A stretch of 62,972 nucleotides of DNA, counting the filler. It is 4 parts of 4 records of this genome, joined end to end, with 100 filler letters (N's around TTAATTAATTAA, not from the genome) between each part and the next. Parts side by side here need not be neighbours in the genome. Positions count along the whole stretch, not along the records: positions 14,308 to 44,308 come from SRR20825019_2098; positions 44,409 to 57,380 come from SRR20825019_2103; 2 more parts are not named here. The stretch is one strand, 5' to 3'. Position 1 is the stretch's first letter; every line of letters starts with the position of its first letter. The position numbers were made by a program, and so were the translations under genes. The notes under the pieces are model-generated. The model was given only the letters and a program-made list of their open reading frames with translations. It was not told the DNA's origin and did no database searches. Positions 33,164-45,093 of the stretch are shown here, one piece after another.

Positions 33164-34219
33164 TTATAATGCCTTCCCACCAGATTCTGGAGTTGTGATA
33201 ATAGGGATGTAAACTTCTGTTAGCCATTTTGCTGGATTTGGATTTTCTTCTGGATCTGTAATGTAAACTTCAAATAATTTTCCTTTCGGATCTACTTGTA
33301 GCCCATTTTTTTCAATGTATAATCTTCCTTTTGCATATGCTTCAGAAAGATGTTTGTAATTTCCTTTTAGAGAAGTTTTAACTGCAGCTACGGGGTTCAT
33401 AAACCCACAAACCACTGGGCTCCCTTGAGGTGTAATTACTTGTTCTTTTACAGGAATTCCTGTTGAAAAAATAACAGTCCCATTTTGAGTATCTATTTCA
33501 TTATATACTGTAAAAGGCTTTCCAGCCATATTTAGATTATTTTTTTGAATAAATTGCATTACTTCATTCATCATTGGGCCCGTTTTTTCATCAAGTTCCT
33601 CTTCTTTTGCAACTGATGTTGTGTACATATAATAACCGCCGCCGTATTGAGTAACGCCATCTACATTGATGGAATATTGTCTCATATCTTCAGCAACTTC
33701 TTCCGAAATTCCTTCAAGGCCATTTTTATACATTTGGTGCATTGCTGCGTCAAAATCAAACCCACTAAATGAATAGTATGCTTTGTCAACCATTGTATGC
33801 TCGCCTTTCATACTCCAGGTCACATTTGTACCGCCGTCTACTTCTTCAAAAGTCCATAATACTTTTGGATTACGTTCTCCGGCAGGGGTATTCAAGGTTA
33901 AATTTTGTTCTATCTCTTTATTCGGTATTACTTTCGTTGTCATCATGGATCCGCTCATTTCACCATCCCACGAATATGAGGCACCTTCACCAGAAGTTTT
34001 TTCAGCATAATTAAATACCATTGTAGAATCTTCTTTTTTCCATGGGCCCCATGTTTCCCATGTTTTATAGTCATTCACTTTACTGAAAATAACTTGGGGT
34101 GGCGCTTGGATTACCATGCTTTCTTGGATGTCGTAATTTCCGTCTTTAGTGCCAAAATAAATAGCACTTCCAATAATGATTATTAAGATAAGAAAAAGTA
34201 AGTATTTTATAATTTTCAT
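33164..34219 (-). CDS. SRPBCC (START-like) + GyrI-like small-molecule-binding domain protein
   Basis: N-terminal anchor, WETWGPW..GEGASYSW, C-terminal KGNYKHLSEAY..FEVYITDP..WLTEVYIP. Confidence 0.85.
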   Translation of the reverse strand: MKIIKYLLFLILIIIIGSAIYFGTKDGNYDIQESMVIQAPPQVIFSKVNDYKTWETWGPWKKEDSTMVFNYAEKTSGEGASYSWDGEMSGSMMTTKVIPNKEIEQNLTLNTPAGERNPKVLWTFEEVDGGTNVTWSMKGEHTMVDKAYYSFSGFDFDAAMHQMYKNGLEGISEEVAEDMRQYSINVDGVTQYGGGYYMYTTSVAKEEELDEKTGPMMNEVMQFIQKNNLNMAGKPFTVYNEIDTQNGTVIFSTGIPVKEQVITPQGSPVVCGFMNPVAAVKTSLKGNYKHLSEAYAKGRLYIEKNGLQVDPKGKLFEVYITDPEENPNPAKWLTEVYIPIITTPESGGKAL

Positions 34220-34365
34220 TTGGTTGAGGTATTAATGGAGTTGCTAAGGTAATGAAAAAACATGGATGCTTTTGAAAATCAGTGTTTCCTATATTGTAAG
34301 GATTTCCTGCCTTAAAATTGCGAATAATATTTTAGTACATTTGCTTAAATCTTAAATTTTCTAAA

Positions 34366-36405
34366 ATGAAGAACACCTTTTTTATTGCAATGGCAATGTG
34401 TGGTCTACTCTTTTTTTCCTGTAAAGAAAACACGGAAGATAAAGAAGTAGCACAAGTGGAAACAGCTGAATCCACAGATTTTGATTATAATGTGGAGCAG
34501 TTTGGCGACATAAAAGTTTTGCGTTATCAAATACCAGGTTGGGATAAATTAACGCTGAAAGAACAAAAACTTGTTTATTATCTTACTCAAGCTGGGCTGG
34601 AAGGTAGAGATATAATGTGGGATCAAAATTACCGCCATAATCTTACTATTAGAAAGGCCTTGGAAAATATTCATACCAATTATAAAGGTGATAAAACTGC
34701 CGAAGATTGGAATGATTTTGAAACATATCTAAAAAGAATTTGGTTTAGTAATGGTATTCATCACCACTATTCAAACGATAAAATAAAGCCTGATTTTTCA
34801 TCTGAATATTTAAAACAACTTTTAACAGATACAAACACAACTCTTGAGGGTGAAGCTTTTGATGTTATTTTTAATGATAAAGATTCTAAAAAAGTAAACC
34901 AAGCAAAGGGTGTTGATAATGTTTTGGAAAGTGCTGTAAACTTTTATGGTCCTAATGTTACTAATAAAGATGTAGAAAATTTCTATTCAAAAAAGAAATC
35001 ACCAGATCCAAAAAAACCACTTTCATATGGTTTGAATTCTAAATTGGTTAAGGAAAATGGTGAATTAAAAGAATTGGTATACAAATCTGGCGGACTTTAT
35101 GGTGCAGCCATAGACAAAATTGTAACCTGGCTTGAAAAAGCACAAGGCGTTGCTGAAAACCAAGCACAAGGAGATGCGCTAGGACTTTTAATTGAATATT
35201 ACAAAACAGGCGATTTGCAAACTTGGGATGACTACAATGTAGCATGGACGGCTGCAACAGAAGGGAATATTGATTATATAAATAGTTTTATTGAAGTGTA
35301 TAACGATCCACTTGGTTACAGAGGTTCTTATGAAACGATTGTTCAGATTAAAGATTTTGATATGTCTGAAAAAATGTCGGTTGTTTCTGAAAATGCACAA
35401 TGGTTTGAAGATAATTCACCTTTAATGGATGCGCATAAGAAGAAAAACGTAGTAGGTGTAACCTATAAAGTGGTAAACGTTGCTGGCGAGGCTGGTGATG
35501 CTTCCCCAAGTACACCAATTGGAGTAAACCTTCCAAACGCTAACTGGATTCGTGCAGCTGTAGGTAGTAAATCTGTTTCTCTTGGAAACATTATCGATTC
35601 CTATAACAATGCAGGTTCAACAGGGAGATTGAAAGAATTTGTACATGATGAAACCGAACTTGAACTTGAAGAAAAATACGGCCAAATTGCCGATAAACTT
35701 CATACAGCACTTCACGAAGTAATAGGTCATGCTTCAGGACAATTAAACCCAGGTGTTGGCGAAACCAAAGAAACACTTAAAAACTATGCTTCTACATTAG
35801 AAGAAGGTCGTGCAGATTTGGTTGGACTTTATTATTTATACAATCCAAAACTACAAGAACTTGGTTTGGTTGACGATTGGAAAAAATTAGGAACAGCTGC
35901 GTATGACGGATATATTCGTAATGGTTTAATGACGCAATTAATTCGTTTAAATTTAGGTGACGACGTTGAAGAAGCACATATGCGTAACCGCCAGTGGGTT
36001 TCTGCTTGGGTTTTTGAAAAAGGAAAAGCAGACAACGTAATCGAAAAAATAACGCGTGAAGGAAAAACCTATTACAACATTAATGATTACGAAAAACTAC
36101 ACGATTTATTCGGTCAGCTGCTTCGCGAAACACAACGTATTAAAAGTGAGGGTGATTATGCAGCGGTAGAGCATTTAGTTGAAACCTATGGTGTAAAAGT
36201 TGATCAAACACTTCATGCTGAAATTTTAGAGCGTAATAAACAATTTACTTCTGCTCCATATAGCGGATTTGTAAACCCAGTAATAACTCCAAAAATGGAT
36301 GCCAATGGTGAGATTGAAAATTTCAAAATTGAGCAGCCAAAAACATTTACAGAACAAATGATGTATTATTCAGAAAACTACAGCAATTTGCCTGTTGAAA
36401 ATTAA
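34366..36405 (+). CDS. Dipeptidyl peptidase III (peptidase M49), lipoprotein
   Basis: Lipobox FFSC; zinc motif HEVIGH and EEGRAD; PIGVNLPN; EAHMRNR. Confidence 0.92.
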   Translation: MKNTFFIAMAMCGLLFFSCKENTEDKEVAQVETAESTDFDYNVEQFGDIKVLRYQIPGWDKLTLKEQKLVYYLTQAGLEGRDIMWDQNYRHNLTIRKALENIHTNYKGDKTAEDWNDFETYLKRIWFSNGIHHHYSNDKIKPDFSSEYLKQLLTDTNTTLEGEAFDVIFNDKDSKKVNQAKGVDNVLESAVNFYGPNVTNKDVENFYSKKKSPDPKKPLSYGLNSKLVKENGELKELVYKSGGLYGAAIDKIVTWLEKAQGVAENQAQGDALGLLIEYYKTGDLQTWDDYNVAWTAATEGNIDYINSFIEVYNDPLGYRGSYETIVQIKDFDMSEKMSVVSENAQWFEDNSPLMDAHKKKNVVGVTYKVVNVAGEAGDASPSTPIGVNLPNANWIRAAVGSKSVSLGNIIDSYNNAGSTGRLKEFVHDETELELEEKYGQIADKLHTALHEVIGHASGQLNPGVGETKETLKNYASTLEEGRADLVGLYYLYNPKLQELGLVDDWKKLGTAAYDGYIRNGLMTQLIRLNLGDDVEEAHMRNRQWVSAWVFEKGKADNVIEKITREGKTYYNINDYEKLHDLFGQLLRETQRIKSEGDYAAVEHLVETYGVKVDQTLHAEILERNKQFTSAPYSGFVNPVITPKMDANGEIENFKIEQPKTFTEQMMYYSENYSNLPVEN

Positions 36406-36424
36406 AAACACTATTGTTTAAATT

Positions 36425-36458
36425 AAAAAAGCTCTTCGGATTTCGAAGAGCTTTTTTT
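36425..36458. terminator. Bidirectional intrinsic terminator
   Basis: AAAAAAGCTCTTCG-GATTT-CGAAGAGCTTTTTT between convergent genes. Confidence 0.88.
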
Positions 36459-36477
36459 ATACAAAAAAATGAAATGA

Positions 36478-37302
<825 letters not shown>

Positions 37303-37623
37303 AAGAAATGCTGGTTTAGGTTAAATTTATTTGAATTTGAATTCTTTCAATTTTTTTTAAAAATCACTAGCACATTGCTTATTAAAAATTTTTTACTCTC
37401 TCCTCAAAGAGAAAAAATCCCCATAATTGTAACCCCATAAGCAATGCACTAAATGATTTTTTATAAGGCATTCAAAGTTTTGTTATAGCAAAATTACTTT
37501 GGAGTATGTAAAAAAAAAATACCCTCATGAGGGTATTTTTTTGAAAGTGTTTAAAAAGATATAAAACGAGTTTAAATGTCTTTAGTGGCTAATTCTTTGA
37601 GTTTGTGTTTAACGAATTAAATT

Positions 37624-37812
37624 TTAGCCTTTTAAATATGTTTTGATTGCTAATAAAAATGCAATAAAAAGTATAAAGCCAACCAAGATCCATAGGCTGC
37701 CTTTGTACTGTTTTTTATGTAGTTTTTTATCGCCACGATAGCTGTATATCATGATAAAAACAAAGGCAACAAAAAATAAAAGTGCAAATAATAACTGACC
37801 AGTAGTGAACAT
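37624..37812 (-). CDS. Small 2-TM membrane protein
   Basis: MFTTGQLLFA..YSYRGDKKLHKKQYKGS; two hydrophobic segments. Confidence 0.75.
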   Translation of the reverse strand: MFTTGQLLFALLFFVAFVFIMIYSYRGDKKLHKKQYKGSLWILVGFILFIAFLLAIKTYLKG

Positions 37813-37858
37813 AAATTTGTAGTTTTACAAGGCAAATTTACAACCTTAAAACTATATT

Positions 37859-38245
37859 ATGAAGAATAAAATCTCCGCAGTTTCCGAATTTCATAAAGCT
37901 TTTGGTCTTGGAATGAAAGAAAGTCCTACTGCTAATCTTGATGTAAAGAAAAACTTGTTGCGTTATGAATTAATGCGGGAGGAAAATGAAGAATATCTTG
38001 AAGCTGCAAATAATAACGATTTGGTTGAGGTTGCTGATGCATTGGGTGATATGTTATACATTTTATGTGGTACAATTATAGAACACGGAATGCAACACAA
38101 AATTGAAGATGTGTTTAATGAAATTCAACGAAGCAATATGAGTAAATTAGGCGCAGACGGAAAACCAATATATCGTGAAGATGGAAAAGTTTTAAAAGGA
38201 CCAAATTACTTTAAACCCAATATTCAATCTATTTTGGATAAATAA
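37859..38245 (+). CDS. MazG-like nucleoside triphosphate pyrophosphohydrolase
   Basis: EENEEY..EVADALGDMLY, SNMSKLG..REDGKVLKGPNY. Confidence 0.92.
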   Translation: MKNKISAVSEFHKAFGLGMKESPTANLDVKKNLLRYELMREENEEYLEAANNNDLVEVADALGDMLYILCGTIIEHGMQHKIEDVFNEIQRSNMSKLGADGKPIYREDGKVLKGPNYFKPNIQSILDK

Positions 38246-38258
38246 AAGCAACAAAAAA

Positions 38259-38300
38259 AATCCAAATGCGATACTTAATGATAAGTATCGCATTTGGATT
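38259..38300. terminator. Long hairpin/terminator between convergent genes
   Basis: 19-bp perfect inverted repeat AATCCAAATGCGATACTTA-ATGA-TAAGTATCGCATTTGGATT. Confidence 0.8.
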
Positions 38301-38325
38301 CATATGTTTTAAAAAGGCTGGTTTA

Positions 38326-39396
38326 TTAAACCACTTCAAGTCTCCAGCCAAAAGGATCTTCACTTAGATTATGCTGAATTTCCATTAATTCTTTTTTGAA
38401 ACGAGTGGCAAAACCATCTTCTTGTTTGCTAAGTTCGTATGTGTCTTCTTTATAACTAAAAGCACTTACAGGACTTATTACTGCAGCTGTTCCCGCACCA
38501 AAAATTTCTTTTAAAGTGCCATTTTTCGCTGCTTCAACTATTTCAGAAACTAAAACAGGTCTTTCTTCAACCGTTATAGTAGCTTTTTTTGCAAGTGCAA
38601 TTACACTTTTTCTAGTAACACCGTCCAAAATTCTGTCGCTAATTGGTGCAGTAAGCAAAGTGTTGTTTACTCTAAAAAAAACATTCATTGTTCCTGCTTC
38701 TTCTAGGTATTCATGATTGCTAGCATCTGTCCAAATTACTTGCTGAAATCCTTTTTCACGTGCTAAATTGGTTGGAAAAAATTGTGCGCCATAATTTCCA
38801 GCAGCTTTTGCGGCACCAACTCCACCATTTGCGGAACGGCTATAATGATCTGCAATAACAACTTTTACATCGCCCGTGTAATACGCTTGCGCTGGCGACA
38901 TTAAAATCATAAATTTATATTCGGTAGAAGGAGATGCGCCAACGCCCACTTGGGTTGCCATAACAAATGGTCGAATGTATAGCGAATTTCCTAGTCCTGG
39001 TTTAACCCATTCTTTGTCTAGTTTTACAAGCGTAGTTAATGCTTCTAGGAATATTTCTTTCGGAAACTCTGGAATAGCCATTCTAACCGATGACTTGTTT
39101 ATACGCTTAAAATTTTCTTCTGGTCTAAACAACCACACCTTCCCATTAGCATCTTTATAAGCTTTCATACCTTCAAAAACGGCTTGACCATAATGAAATA
39201 CTTTTGCAGCTGGTGAAATGGTAAGCGGCCCATAAGGTTTAATGGTTGGCTTTTGCCAAACACCATCTTTATAGTCACATTCAAACATATGATCACTAAA
39301 GGTACTGCCAAATGTTAAATCATTAAAATCAACCTCTGTAACTCTGGAAGTTTTAACTTTTTGTATATCTAGTTTTTCTGCTGTTGAAGAATTCAT
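38326..39396 (-). CDS. ilvE: Branched-chain amino acid aminotransferase
   Basis: HYGQAVFEGMKAY, LYIRPF, AKAAGNY, EEAGTMN, ILDGVTR, FGAGTAAVISP. Confidence 0.96.
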   Translation of the reverse strand: MNSSTAEKLDIQKVKTSRVTEVDFNDLTFGSTFSDHMFECDYKDGVWQKPTIKPYGPLTISPAAKVFHYGQAVFEGMKAYKDANGKVWLFRPEENFKRINKSSVRMAIPEFPKEIFLEALTTLVKLDKEWVKPGLGNSLYIRPFVMATQVGVGASPSTEYKFMILMSPAQAYYTGDVKVVIADHYSRSANGGVGAAKAAGNYGAQFFPTNLAREKGFQQVIWTDASNHEYLEEAGTMNVFFRVNNTLLTAPISDRILDGVTRKSVIALAKKATITVEERPVLVSEIVEAAKNGTLKEIFGAGTAAVISPVSAFSYKEDTYELSKQEDGFATRFKKELMEIQHNLSEDPFGWRLEVV

Positions 39397-39509
39397 TAAA
39401 AGAAATGTTTATTTGGTAAAAATAGGTAAAATTTAGACCATATAAAATTCAAAAAATCATTAAAATTGCAATAGCATACTAATCAATATTTTAATTAAAC
39501 TTTATAGAA

Positions 39510-40025
39510 ATGAAAAAAAACCTACTTATTTTCACTTTAGCACTACTAGCTTTAAGTTGTAAAAACGAAAAAACAACGGAGGAACCAATCATAGAAACGG
39601 AAGAAATAACGATAAACTATCAATCTTTTGGTGATGAAATTTCTGATGAAGATGTTATTTCATATACTGAAATGATGGAAAAATATAAAGAAATGAAGCC
39701 TGGAGATACTTTAAATGTAAAGTTTGCTGCCATTGTAAAAGAAGTTTGTCAGAAAAAAGGCTGTTGGATGAACCTAGATATGGGCGAAGAAGAAGCAATG
39801 GTTCGTTTTAAAGATTATGCTTTCTTTATGCCAAAGGACATTGCAGGAAAAGAAATTATAGTAAATGGCAAAGCATACACTGAAGAAATGAATGTTGAAG
39901 ACCAACGTCATTATGCAGAAGATGGTGGCGCTACTCCTGAAGAAATTGCAGCAATAACAGAACCAAAACGCACCCTTGCTTTTGAAGCTGATGGCGTACT
40001 TATCCCTGAAGTAGAAAAACAATAA
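39510..40025 (+). CDS. DUF4920 family lipoprotein
   Basis: Lipobox ALSC; EVCQKKGCWM, VRFKDYAFFMP, HYAED. Confidence 0.88.
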   Translation: MKKNLLIFTLALLALSCKNEKTTEEPIIETEEITINYQSFGDEISDEDVISYTEMMEKYKEMKPGDTLNVKFAAIVKEVCQKKGCWMNLDMGEEEAMVRFKDYAFFMPKDIAGKEIIVNGKAYTEEMNVEDQRHYAEDGGATPEEIAAITEPKRTLAFEADGVLIPEVEKQ

Positions 40026-40032
40026 ATTTTTT

Positions 40033-40701
40033 TTGAAACGCACTTTATTTAAAACTGGCGACGGTTCGTATACACTACATATTGCTGAATGGGACGAACA
40101 GTACCATTCTAAGCATGGCGCAATAGCAGAAGCCCTTCATGTTTTTATTAAAGAAGGGCTTTATTATTGGACTGCTAAAAACAATGCCCAAAAACTTTCC
40201 ATACTAGAAATTGGCTTCGGAACAGGATTAAACGCATTTCTAAGTTTGCTAGAAACTGAAAATAATCCTTTTCAAATCGATTACACAGGTATAGAAGCCT
40301 ATCCTTTGGATATTGATGAAATAAAAAAACTTAACTATACATCGCTTTTAAAAGCTTCTGAAGAAAATTTTATAGCACTTCACGAGTGTTCTTGGGAAGA
40401 AAAAATTACTATTTCTAAAAATTTTAAACTTACTAAACACAAGCGTTTTTTTTCTGAAATCACTTCAGCTAATGATTTTAATATCATTTATTTTGATGCT
40501 TTTGGTATCCGTGTGCAACCTGAACTATGGACAGAAGCAATTTTTGCAAGCATGTACAAAGCTTTAAAGCCAAACGGGGTATTGGTAACCTACGCCGCAA
40601 ATGGGAATGCAAGACGCGCCATGCAAGCAGTTGGTTTTACAGTAGAACGACTTCCTGGGCCTCCAGGAAAAAAAGAAATGTTACGAGCCACAAAAGCTTA
40701 A
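40033..40701 (+). CDS. mnmD: tRNA mnm5s2U34 methyltransferase MnmD (MnmC methyltransferase-domain family)
   Basis: TGDGSYTL..YHSKHGA, ILEIGFGTGLN, YFDAFG..QPELW, PGPPGKKEML. Confidence 0.92.
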   Translation: MKRTLFKTGDGSYTLHIAEWDEQYHSKHGAIAEALHVFIKEGLYYWTAKNNAQKLSILEIGFGTGLNAFLSLLETENNPFQIDYTGIEAYPLDIDEIKKLNYTSLLKASEENFIALHECSWEEKITISKNFKLTKHKRFFSEITSANDFNIIYFDAFGIRVQPELWTEAIFASMYKALKPNGVLVTYAANGNARRAMQAVGFTVERLPGPPGKKEMLRATKA

Positions 40702-40769
40702 AGGTTTTATTTGCCAATCTTCCGTTAAGACCCTTTGTTTTTAACCTTTGAATTTTTAAATTTAGAAGT

Positions 40770-41678
40770 ATGATTAAGAAAGTGTTGATAACAGGAGCTA
40801 CAGGACTTGTAGGAAAAGAACTGGTGAAACAATGCCATGAAAATAATATTGGTGTAAATTATTTTACAACGCAGAAAGGTAAAATTGAAAATTCTAAAAA
40901 CTACAAAGGCTTTTATTGGAACCCTCAAAAAGGAGAGCTTGATGAAAAAGCTTTTGATGACGTTACAGCAATAATTAATTTGGCAGGTGCTGCAGTTTCT
41001 AAACGATGGACAAAAAAGTATAAAAAAACCATTCTTGAAAGCAGATTGGATGGCATGCATCTTTTGTACAATACTCTAAAGAAAATTGAACATAATATTG
41101 TGCATTTTATTACTGCCAGTGGCATAAGTATTTATCCAAACTCAAAAACAAAACTTTATACAGAAGAAAACATAGAAGTTGACGACTCCTTCCTTGCAGA
41201 GGTTGTGGTAGCTTGGGAAGCTGCAGCCGTAAAGTTTAAAAGCTTAGGCATGGAAGTAAGTAAAGTACGTACCGGAGTTGTACTTGCTAAAGATGATGGA
41301 GCACTACCTCAAATGGTAAAACCTATAAAAATGGGAGTTGGAGCTCCGCTAGGCAGTGGAGAACAGTGGCAATCATGGATTCATATTGAAGATATCGCGG
41401 GTATTTATCTTTTTCTTCTTAAAAACCAACTGGAAGGAAAATACAATGCGGTTGCACCAAACCCAGTTCAAAACAAAAAAATGACCAAAATGATTGCTTT
41501 AAAATTAGACAATCCACTTTGGTTGCCAAATATTCCAGCATTTGCAATAAAACTTGCCCTTGGCGAAATGGCTATTCTAGCACTTGAAGGGCAATTAGTA
41601 AGTTCTCATAAAATTGAGGAACTTGGTTATCATTTTAAATTTTATAACCTAGAAAACGCATTGCAGGATTTACTTTAA
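40770..41678 (+). CDS. TIGR01777 family NAD-dependent epimerase/oxidoreductase
   Basis: ITGATGLVG, INLAGA, RTGVVL, GSGEQWQSWIHIED, NAVAPNPV. Confidence 0.92.
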   Translation: MIKKVLITGATGLVGKELVKQCHENNIGVNYFTTQKGKIENSKNYKGFYWNPQKGELDEKAFDDVTAIINLAGAAVSKRWTKKYKKTILESRLDGMHLLYNTLKKIEHNIVHFITASGISIYPNSKTKLYTEENIEVDDSFLAEVVVAWEAAAVKFKSLGMEVSKVRTGVVLAKDDGALPQMVKPIKMGVGAPLGSGEQWQSWIHIEDIAGIYLFLLKNQLEGKYNAVAPNPVQNKKMTKMIALKLDNPLWLPNIPAFAIKLALGEMAILALEGQLVSSHKIEELGYHFKFYNLENALQDLL

Positions 41679-41682
41679 ACAA

Positions 41683-41712
41683 AAAAAGAGAGGTAAATTT
41701 ACCTCTCTTTTT
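41683..41712. terminator. Bidirectional terminator
   Basis: Palindrome AAAAAGAGAGGTAAATTTACCTCTCTTTTT between convergent genes. Confidence 0.85.
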
Positions 41713-41731
41713 AATAAAATTTTGTTCTTAT

Positions 41732-42385
41732 TTATGCTTTAGTAGCAACCAAAGAAACTGTAATTTTAATTGCATCATTGATGAATTTATCCCCTAAATT
41801 ATCAAAGACAGATTTTGAACCATAATTAACATCCCATTTTGTTCTGTCAATTTCAAAAGTTTCACTCTTCAACATCATTTTGTCACCGTCCATAGTTACA
41901 GTAGCAGGAAATTCAATTGCGTTTGTTTTGTCTTTTATAGTTAAGTTTCCTTTAACTACATTATTTTCAATACCAGTCATTTCAAAAGTTGCAGTTGGAT
42001 ATTCTTTCACATTGAAAAAATGACCTTCTTTTCCTTCAACAGTACCTTTAAGGTGTGCTTCAAGGTTTGCTTTTTGTTCACCTTCTAAATCTTGATCGTT
42101 GATAGAGTTCATATCAATCACAAAATTTCCAGCTTCAACAGCTCCATTGTTTAAGTGGATTGTTCCAGAAGTAAGGTTTATTGTTCCGTTATGTGTTCCA
42201 ACTGGTTTTGCGCCTTCCCAAGTAATTTGTGAAGCTGCTGCGTCTACTGTATAAGCTACAGCTGTTTCAGTTGCTTCGGCAGCTTCTTCAGTTGCCATTT
42301 CTGCTTCTTTTTCAGTGTTTTTGCATGAAAATGCAGCTACTGCAAGAAAAGCCATCATTGTAATTTTTAAAAAATTTGATTTCAT
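41732..42385 (-). CDS. YceI family lipoprotein
   Basis: Lipobox AFSC; HLKG..FFNVKEYPTATF, GNLTIK, IDRTKWDVNYGS. Confidence 0.92.
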   Translation of the reverse strand: MKSNFLKITMMAFLAVAAFSCKNTEKEAEMATEEAAEATETAVAYTVDAAASQITWEGAKPVGTHNGTINLTSGTIHLNNGAVEAGNFVIDMNSINDQDLEGEQKANLEAHLKGTVEGKEGHFFNVKEYPTATFEMTGIENNVVKGNLTIKDKTNAIEFPATVTMDGDKMMLKSETFEIDRTKWDVNYGSKSVFDNLGDKFINDAIKITVSLVATKA

Positions 42386-42542
42386 CTGTTAATGGTTTAT
42401 TATTTTGAACTGCAAAAATAATAGTATCACTATTCAATTTATCATAAAGTAATACTAAATTAAATGCTGTGACATTTTGGCAATTTTCAACAAATGGCAG
42501 TACTTTTGCTCCCTTCTGAAAAAAATGAAAAGAAACGCTACT

Positions 42543-43091
42543 ATGAGCAAAAATGATAAATTCAAAGAAACCGAGCTTGAAGAAAACGGTTTTACGGATG
42601 GTGAAGTTACAGCGCAAGAACCGGCTGAAGAAAACGAAACGGATGCATTGGCAAACTTACAAGACGAATTTGAACGCGAAAAAGATCGCTATTTACGTCT
42701 TTTTGCAGAATTTGAAAATTATAAAAAGCGCACCGCTAGAGAACGAATTGAAATGTTTAAAACAGCAGGTGGTGAAGTAATTACTGCAATGTTGCCAATT
42801 TTAGATGATTTTGACCGCGCTTTAAAAGAAATTGAAAAAAGCGATGACGACGATTTGTTTAAAGGTGTAAAACTGATAAATAATAAATTGACTGAAACCC
42901 TTAAAACAAAAGGGCTTCAATTAATGGAAGTAAAAACAGGAGATACCTTTGATGCAGATTCGCATGAAGCAATTACCCAAATTCCAGCTCCAGAGGAAAA
43001 ATTAAAGGGAAAAATCATAGATGTGGTAGAAAAAGGATACACCTTGGGCGATAAAATAATCCGCTATCCAAAAGTGGTTATAGGACAATAA
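42543..43091 (+). CDS. grpE: Nucleotide exchange factor GrpE
   Basis: [44 protein letters not shown]. Confidence 0.97.
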   Translation: MSKNDKFKETELEENGFTDGEVTAQEPAEENETDALANLQDEFEREKDRYLRLFAEFENYKKRTARERIEMFKTAGGEVITAMLPILDDFDRALKEIEKSDDDDLFKGVKLINNKLTETLKTKGLQLMEVKTGDTFDADSHEAITQIPAPEEKLKGKIIDVVEKGYTLGDKIIRYPKVVIGQ

Positions 43092-43093
43092 TT

Positions 43094-44215
43094 ATGAAGG
43101 AAGATTTTTACGAAATATTAGGAATATCAAAAAGTGCAACTGCTGCCGAAATAAAAAAGGCATATCGCAAAAAAGCACTTCAATACCACCCAGATAAAAA
43201 TCCAGGTGATAACGAAGCTGAAGCGATGTTTAAAAAATCTGCAGAAGCTTACGAAATACTTAGCGACCCTAATAAACGCTCTCGTTACGACCAGTATGGT
43301 CACCGTGCCTTTGAAGGTGGCGGCGGCTTTGGTGGCGGCGGTGGCGGAATGAATATGGAAGATATATTCAGTCAATTTGGCGATATTTTTGGTGGTTTCG
43401 GAGGCGGAGGCGGCTTCGGAGGCGGTGGTTTTGGCGGTGGCCGTAGAACCGTAAAAGGAAGTAATCTACGTATTCGTGTGCAGCTTACTTTGGAAGAAAT
43501 TGCCAATGGAGTTGAGAAAAAAATAAAAGTAAAACGCAAAAAACTTGCTCAGGGAACAACGTATAAAACGTGTTCAACGTGTAACGGACAAGGGCAAGTA
43601 ACCAGAATCCAAAATACTATTTTGGGGCGTATGCAAACCTCAGCAACATGTAGTACTTGTGGTGGTTTGGGACAAATGGTAGATTCTAAACCTGCAAATG
43701 CTGATGCTGAAGGAATGTTGGTAACTGAAGAAACGGTTTCAATTAAAATACCAGCAGGTGTTGTGGACGGAATGCAACTTAAAGTTTCTGGAAAAGGTAA
43801 CGACGCTCCTGGCAATGGAATTGCTGGCGATCTTTTAGTTGCAATTGAAGAGAAACCTCATGATACCTTACAGCGTGAAGGAGATAACTTACATTATGAT
43901 TTATACATTAGTTTTTCAGAAGCAGCTTTAGGAACTTCAAAAGAAATAGAGACTGTTACAGGAAAAGTTCGTATTAAAATAGACTCAGGTGCGCAAGGTG
44001 GGAAGATTTTAAGGCTCCGCAATAAAGGAATTCCAAGTATTAATGGTTATGGAACAGGAGATTTATTGGTGCATGTAAATGTTTGGACTCCAAAATCACT
44101 TTCGAAGGAACAAAAAGATTTTTTTGAAAAAATGAGTTCCGATGAACACTTTCAGCCAAAGCCTGAAAAAGAAGACAAATCTTTTTTTGAAAAAGTAAAA
44201 GATATGTTCTCTTAA
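43094..44215 (+). CDS. dnaJ: Chaperone DnaJ
   Basis: J domain with HPD, G/F-rich region, CxxCxGxG repeats, C-terminal domain. Confidence 0.98.
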   Translation: MKEDFYEILGISKSATAAEIKKAYRKKALQYHPDKNPGDNEAEAMFKKSAEAYEILSDPNKRSRYDQYGHRAFEGGGGFGGGGGGMNMEDIFSQFGDIFGGFGGGGGFGGGGFGGGRRTVKGSNLRIRVQLTLEEIANGVEKKIKVKRKKLAQGTTYKTCSTCNGQGQVTRIQNTILGRMQTSATCSTCGGLGQMVDSKPANADAEGMLVTEETVSIKIPAGVVDGMQLKVSGKGNDAPGNGIAGDLLVAIEEKPHDTLQREGDNLHYDLYISFSEAALGTSKEIETVTGKVRIKIDSGAQGGKILRLRNKGIPSINGYGTGDLLVHVNVWTPKSLSKEQKDFFEKMSSDEHFQPKPEKEDKSFFEKVKDMFS

Positions 44216-44249
44216 ATAAACGTTAAATAAATATTTTTATATATATTTG

Positions 44250-44290
44250 AATTGTCGCTTCGTCTTAGAAGCGGCAATTTTTCTTTTTCA
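44250..44290 (+). terminator. Intrinsic terminator after dnaJ
   Basis: AATTGTCGCTTC-GTCTTA-GAAGCGGCAATT plus T-rich tail. Confidence 0.7.
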
Positions 44291-44308
44291 TAGCAATTTT
44301 TTTTCCCA

Positions 44309-44408
44309 NNNNNNNNNNNNNNNNNNNNNNNNNNNNNNNNNNNNNNNNNNNNTTAATTAATTAANNNNNNNNNNNNNNNNNNNNNNNNNNNNNNNNNNNN
44401 NNNNNNNN
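44309..44408. other. Artificial contig linker
   Basis: 44 N + TTAATTAATTAA + 44 N. Confidence 0.99.
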
Positions 44409-44447
44409 GGAAGAGGTTGCGCAACGGTTACACGTGTTCTACACATT

Positions 44448-44858
44448 TTAGTTTGGATTTTCTTTTATGTATTTATTTAAGTCAATACCTGAAATTAAGA
44501 GGGTGGCGCCCATAGAACAAATGGATAGCTTTGAATAATCTAAAAGCTTTAGTGTACCCCACAGATTAATGATGATGACTATTAATCCCAAAATTGGTAA
44601 TATCCAAGATAACACGAGTAAGAAATTTTTGTAAAGGGAGAAACTTTGGCTTTGACGCGCAATAAGTCTTAATTGGAACCGTGTACCAAGAGTGAAGAAC
44701 CAATAAAATAGGTGAGGACCAAAGTTAACTAGCAAAAACTTCTTTACAATTTTTTGGGGATCTATGGGTTCAATCAATATTATTTCTAGGGTAGCCATTA
44801 CTAGAACGAATATCGTAAACACTACGTATACAATATTTTGCCTTAAATATCTTTCCAT
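44448..44858 (-). CDS. Hypothetical 4-TM membrane protein
   Basis: 136-aa ORF with four hydrophobic segments; no family recognised. Confidence 0.65.
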   Translation of the reverse strand: MERYLRQNIVYVVFTIFVLVMATLEIILIEPIDPQKIVKKFLLVNFGPHLFYWFFTLGTRFQLRLIARQSQSFSLYKNFLLVLSWILPILGLIVIIINLWGTLKLLDYSKLSICSMGATLLISGIDLNKYIKENPN

Positions 44859-45093
44859 TGTAATTTTTACACTTTGGATGTAGTTGTGATAACGGACAGG
44901 GCTCGTATGTTTGAAACTCCTTCAGCGCGTTGTAAGTAAATATACAGAAAAGAGTATAAATGAAGAACCAAAATAGAAGGGTAGGGTGACTCAATTACTT
45001 TCGAGGGACAAGCATTCAGATCAAGATTAAGGACTTGGACGGATGGTGTCGATGGCTGCGGAACCGTTTAGGTTACTGTATCTATTCTTCTAT

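Noticed and set aside
43315-43445. GGC-rich repeats within dnaJ
   Set aside because: Normal G/F-rich region of DnaJ.
42543-44215. grpE-dnaJ without dnaK
   Set aside because: Usual arrangement in Bacteroidota; dnaK is normally elsewhere.
45061-45076. Canonical attC inverse core site after the 369-aa gene
   Set aside because: The minus strand reads ACCTAAAC, not RYYYAAC, and no extended complementary arm was found.
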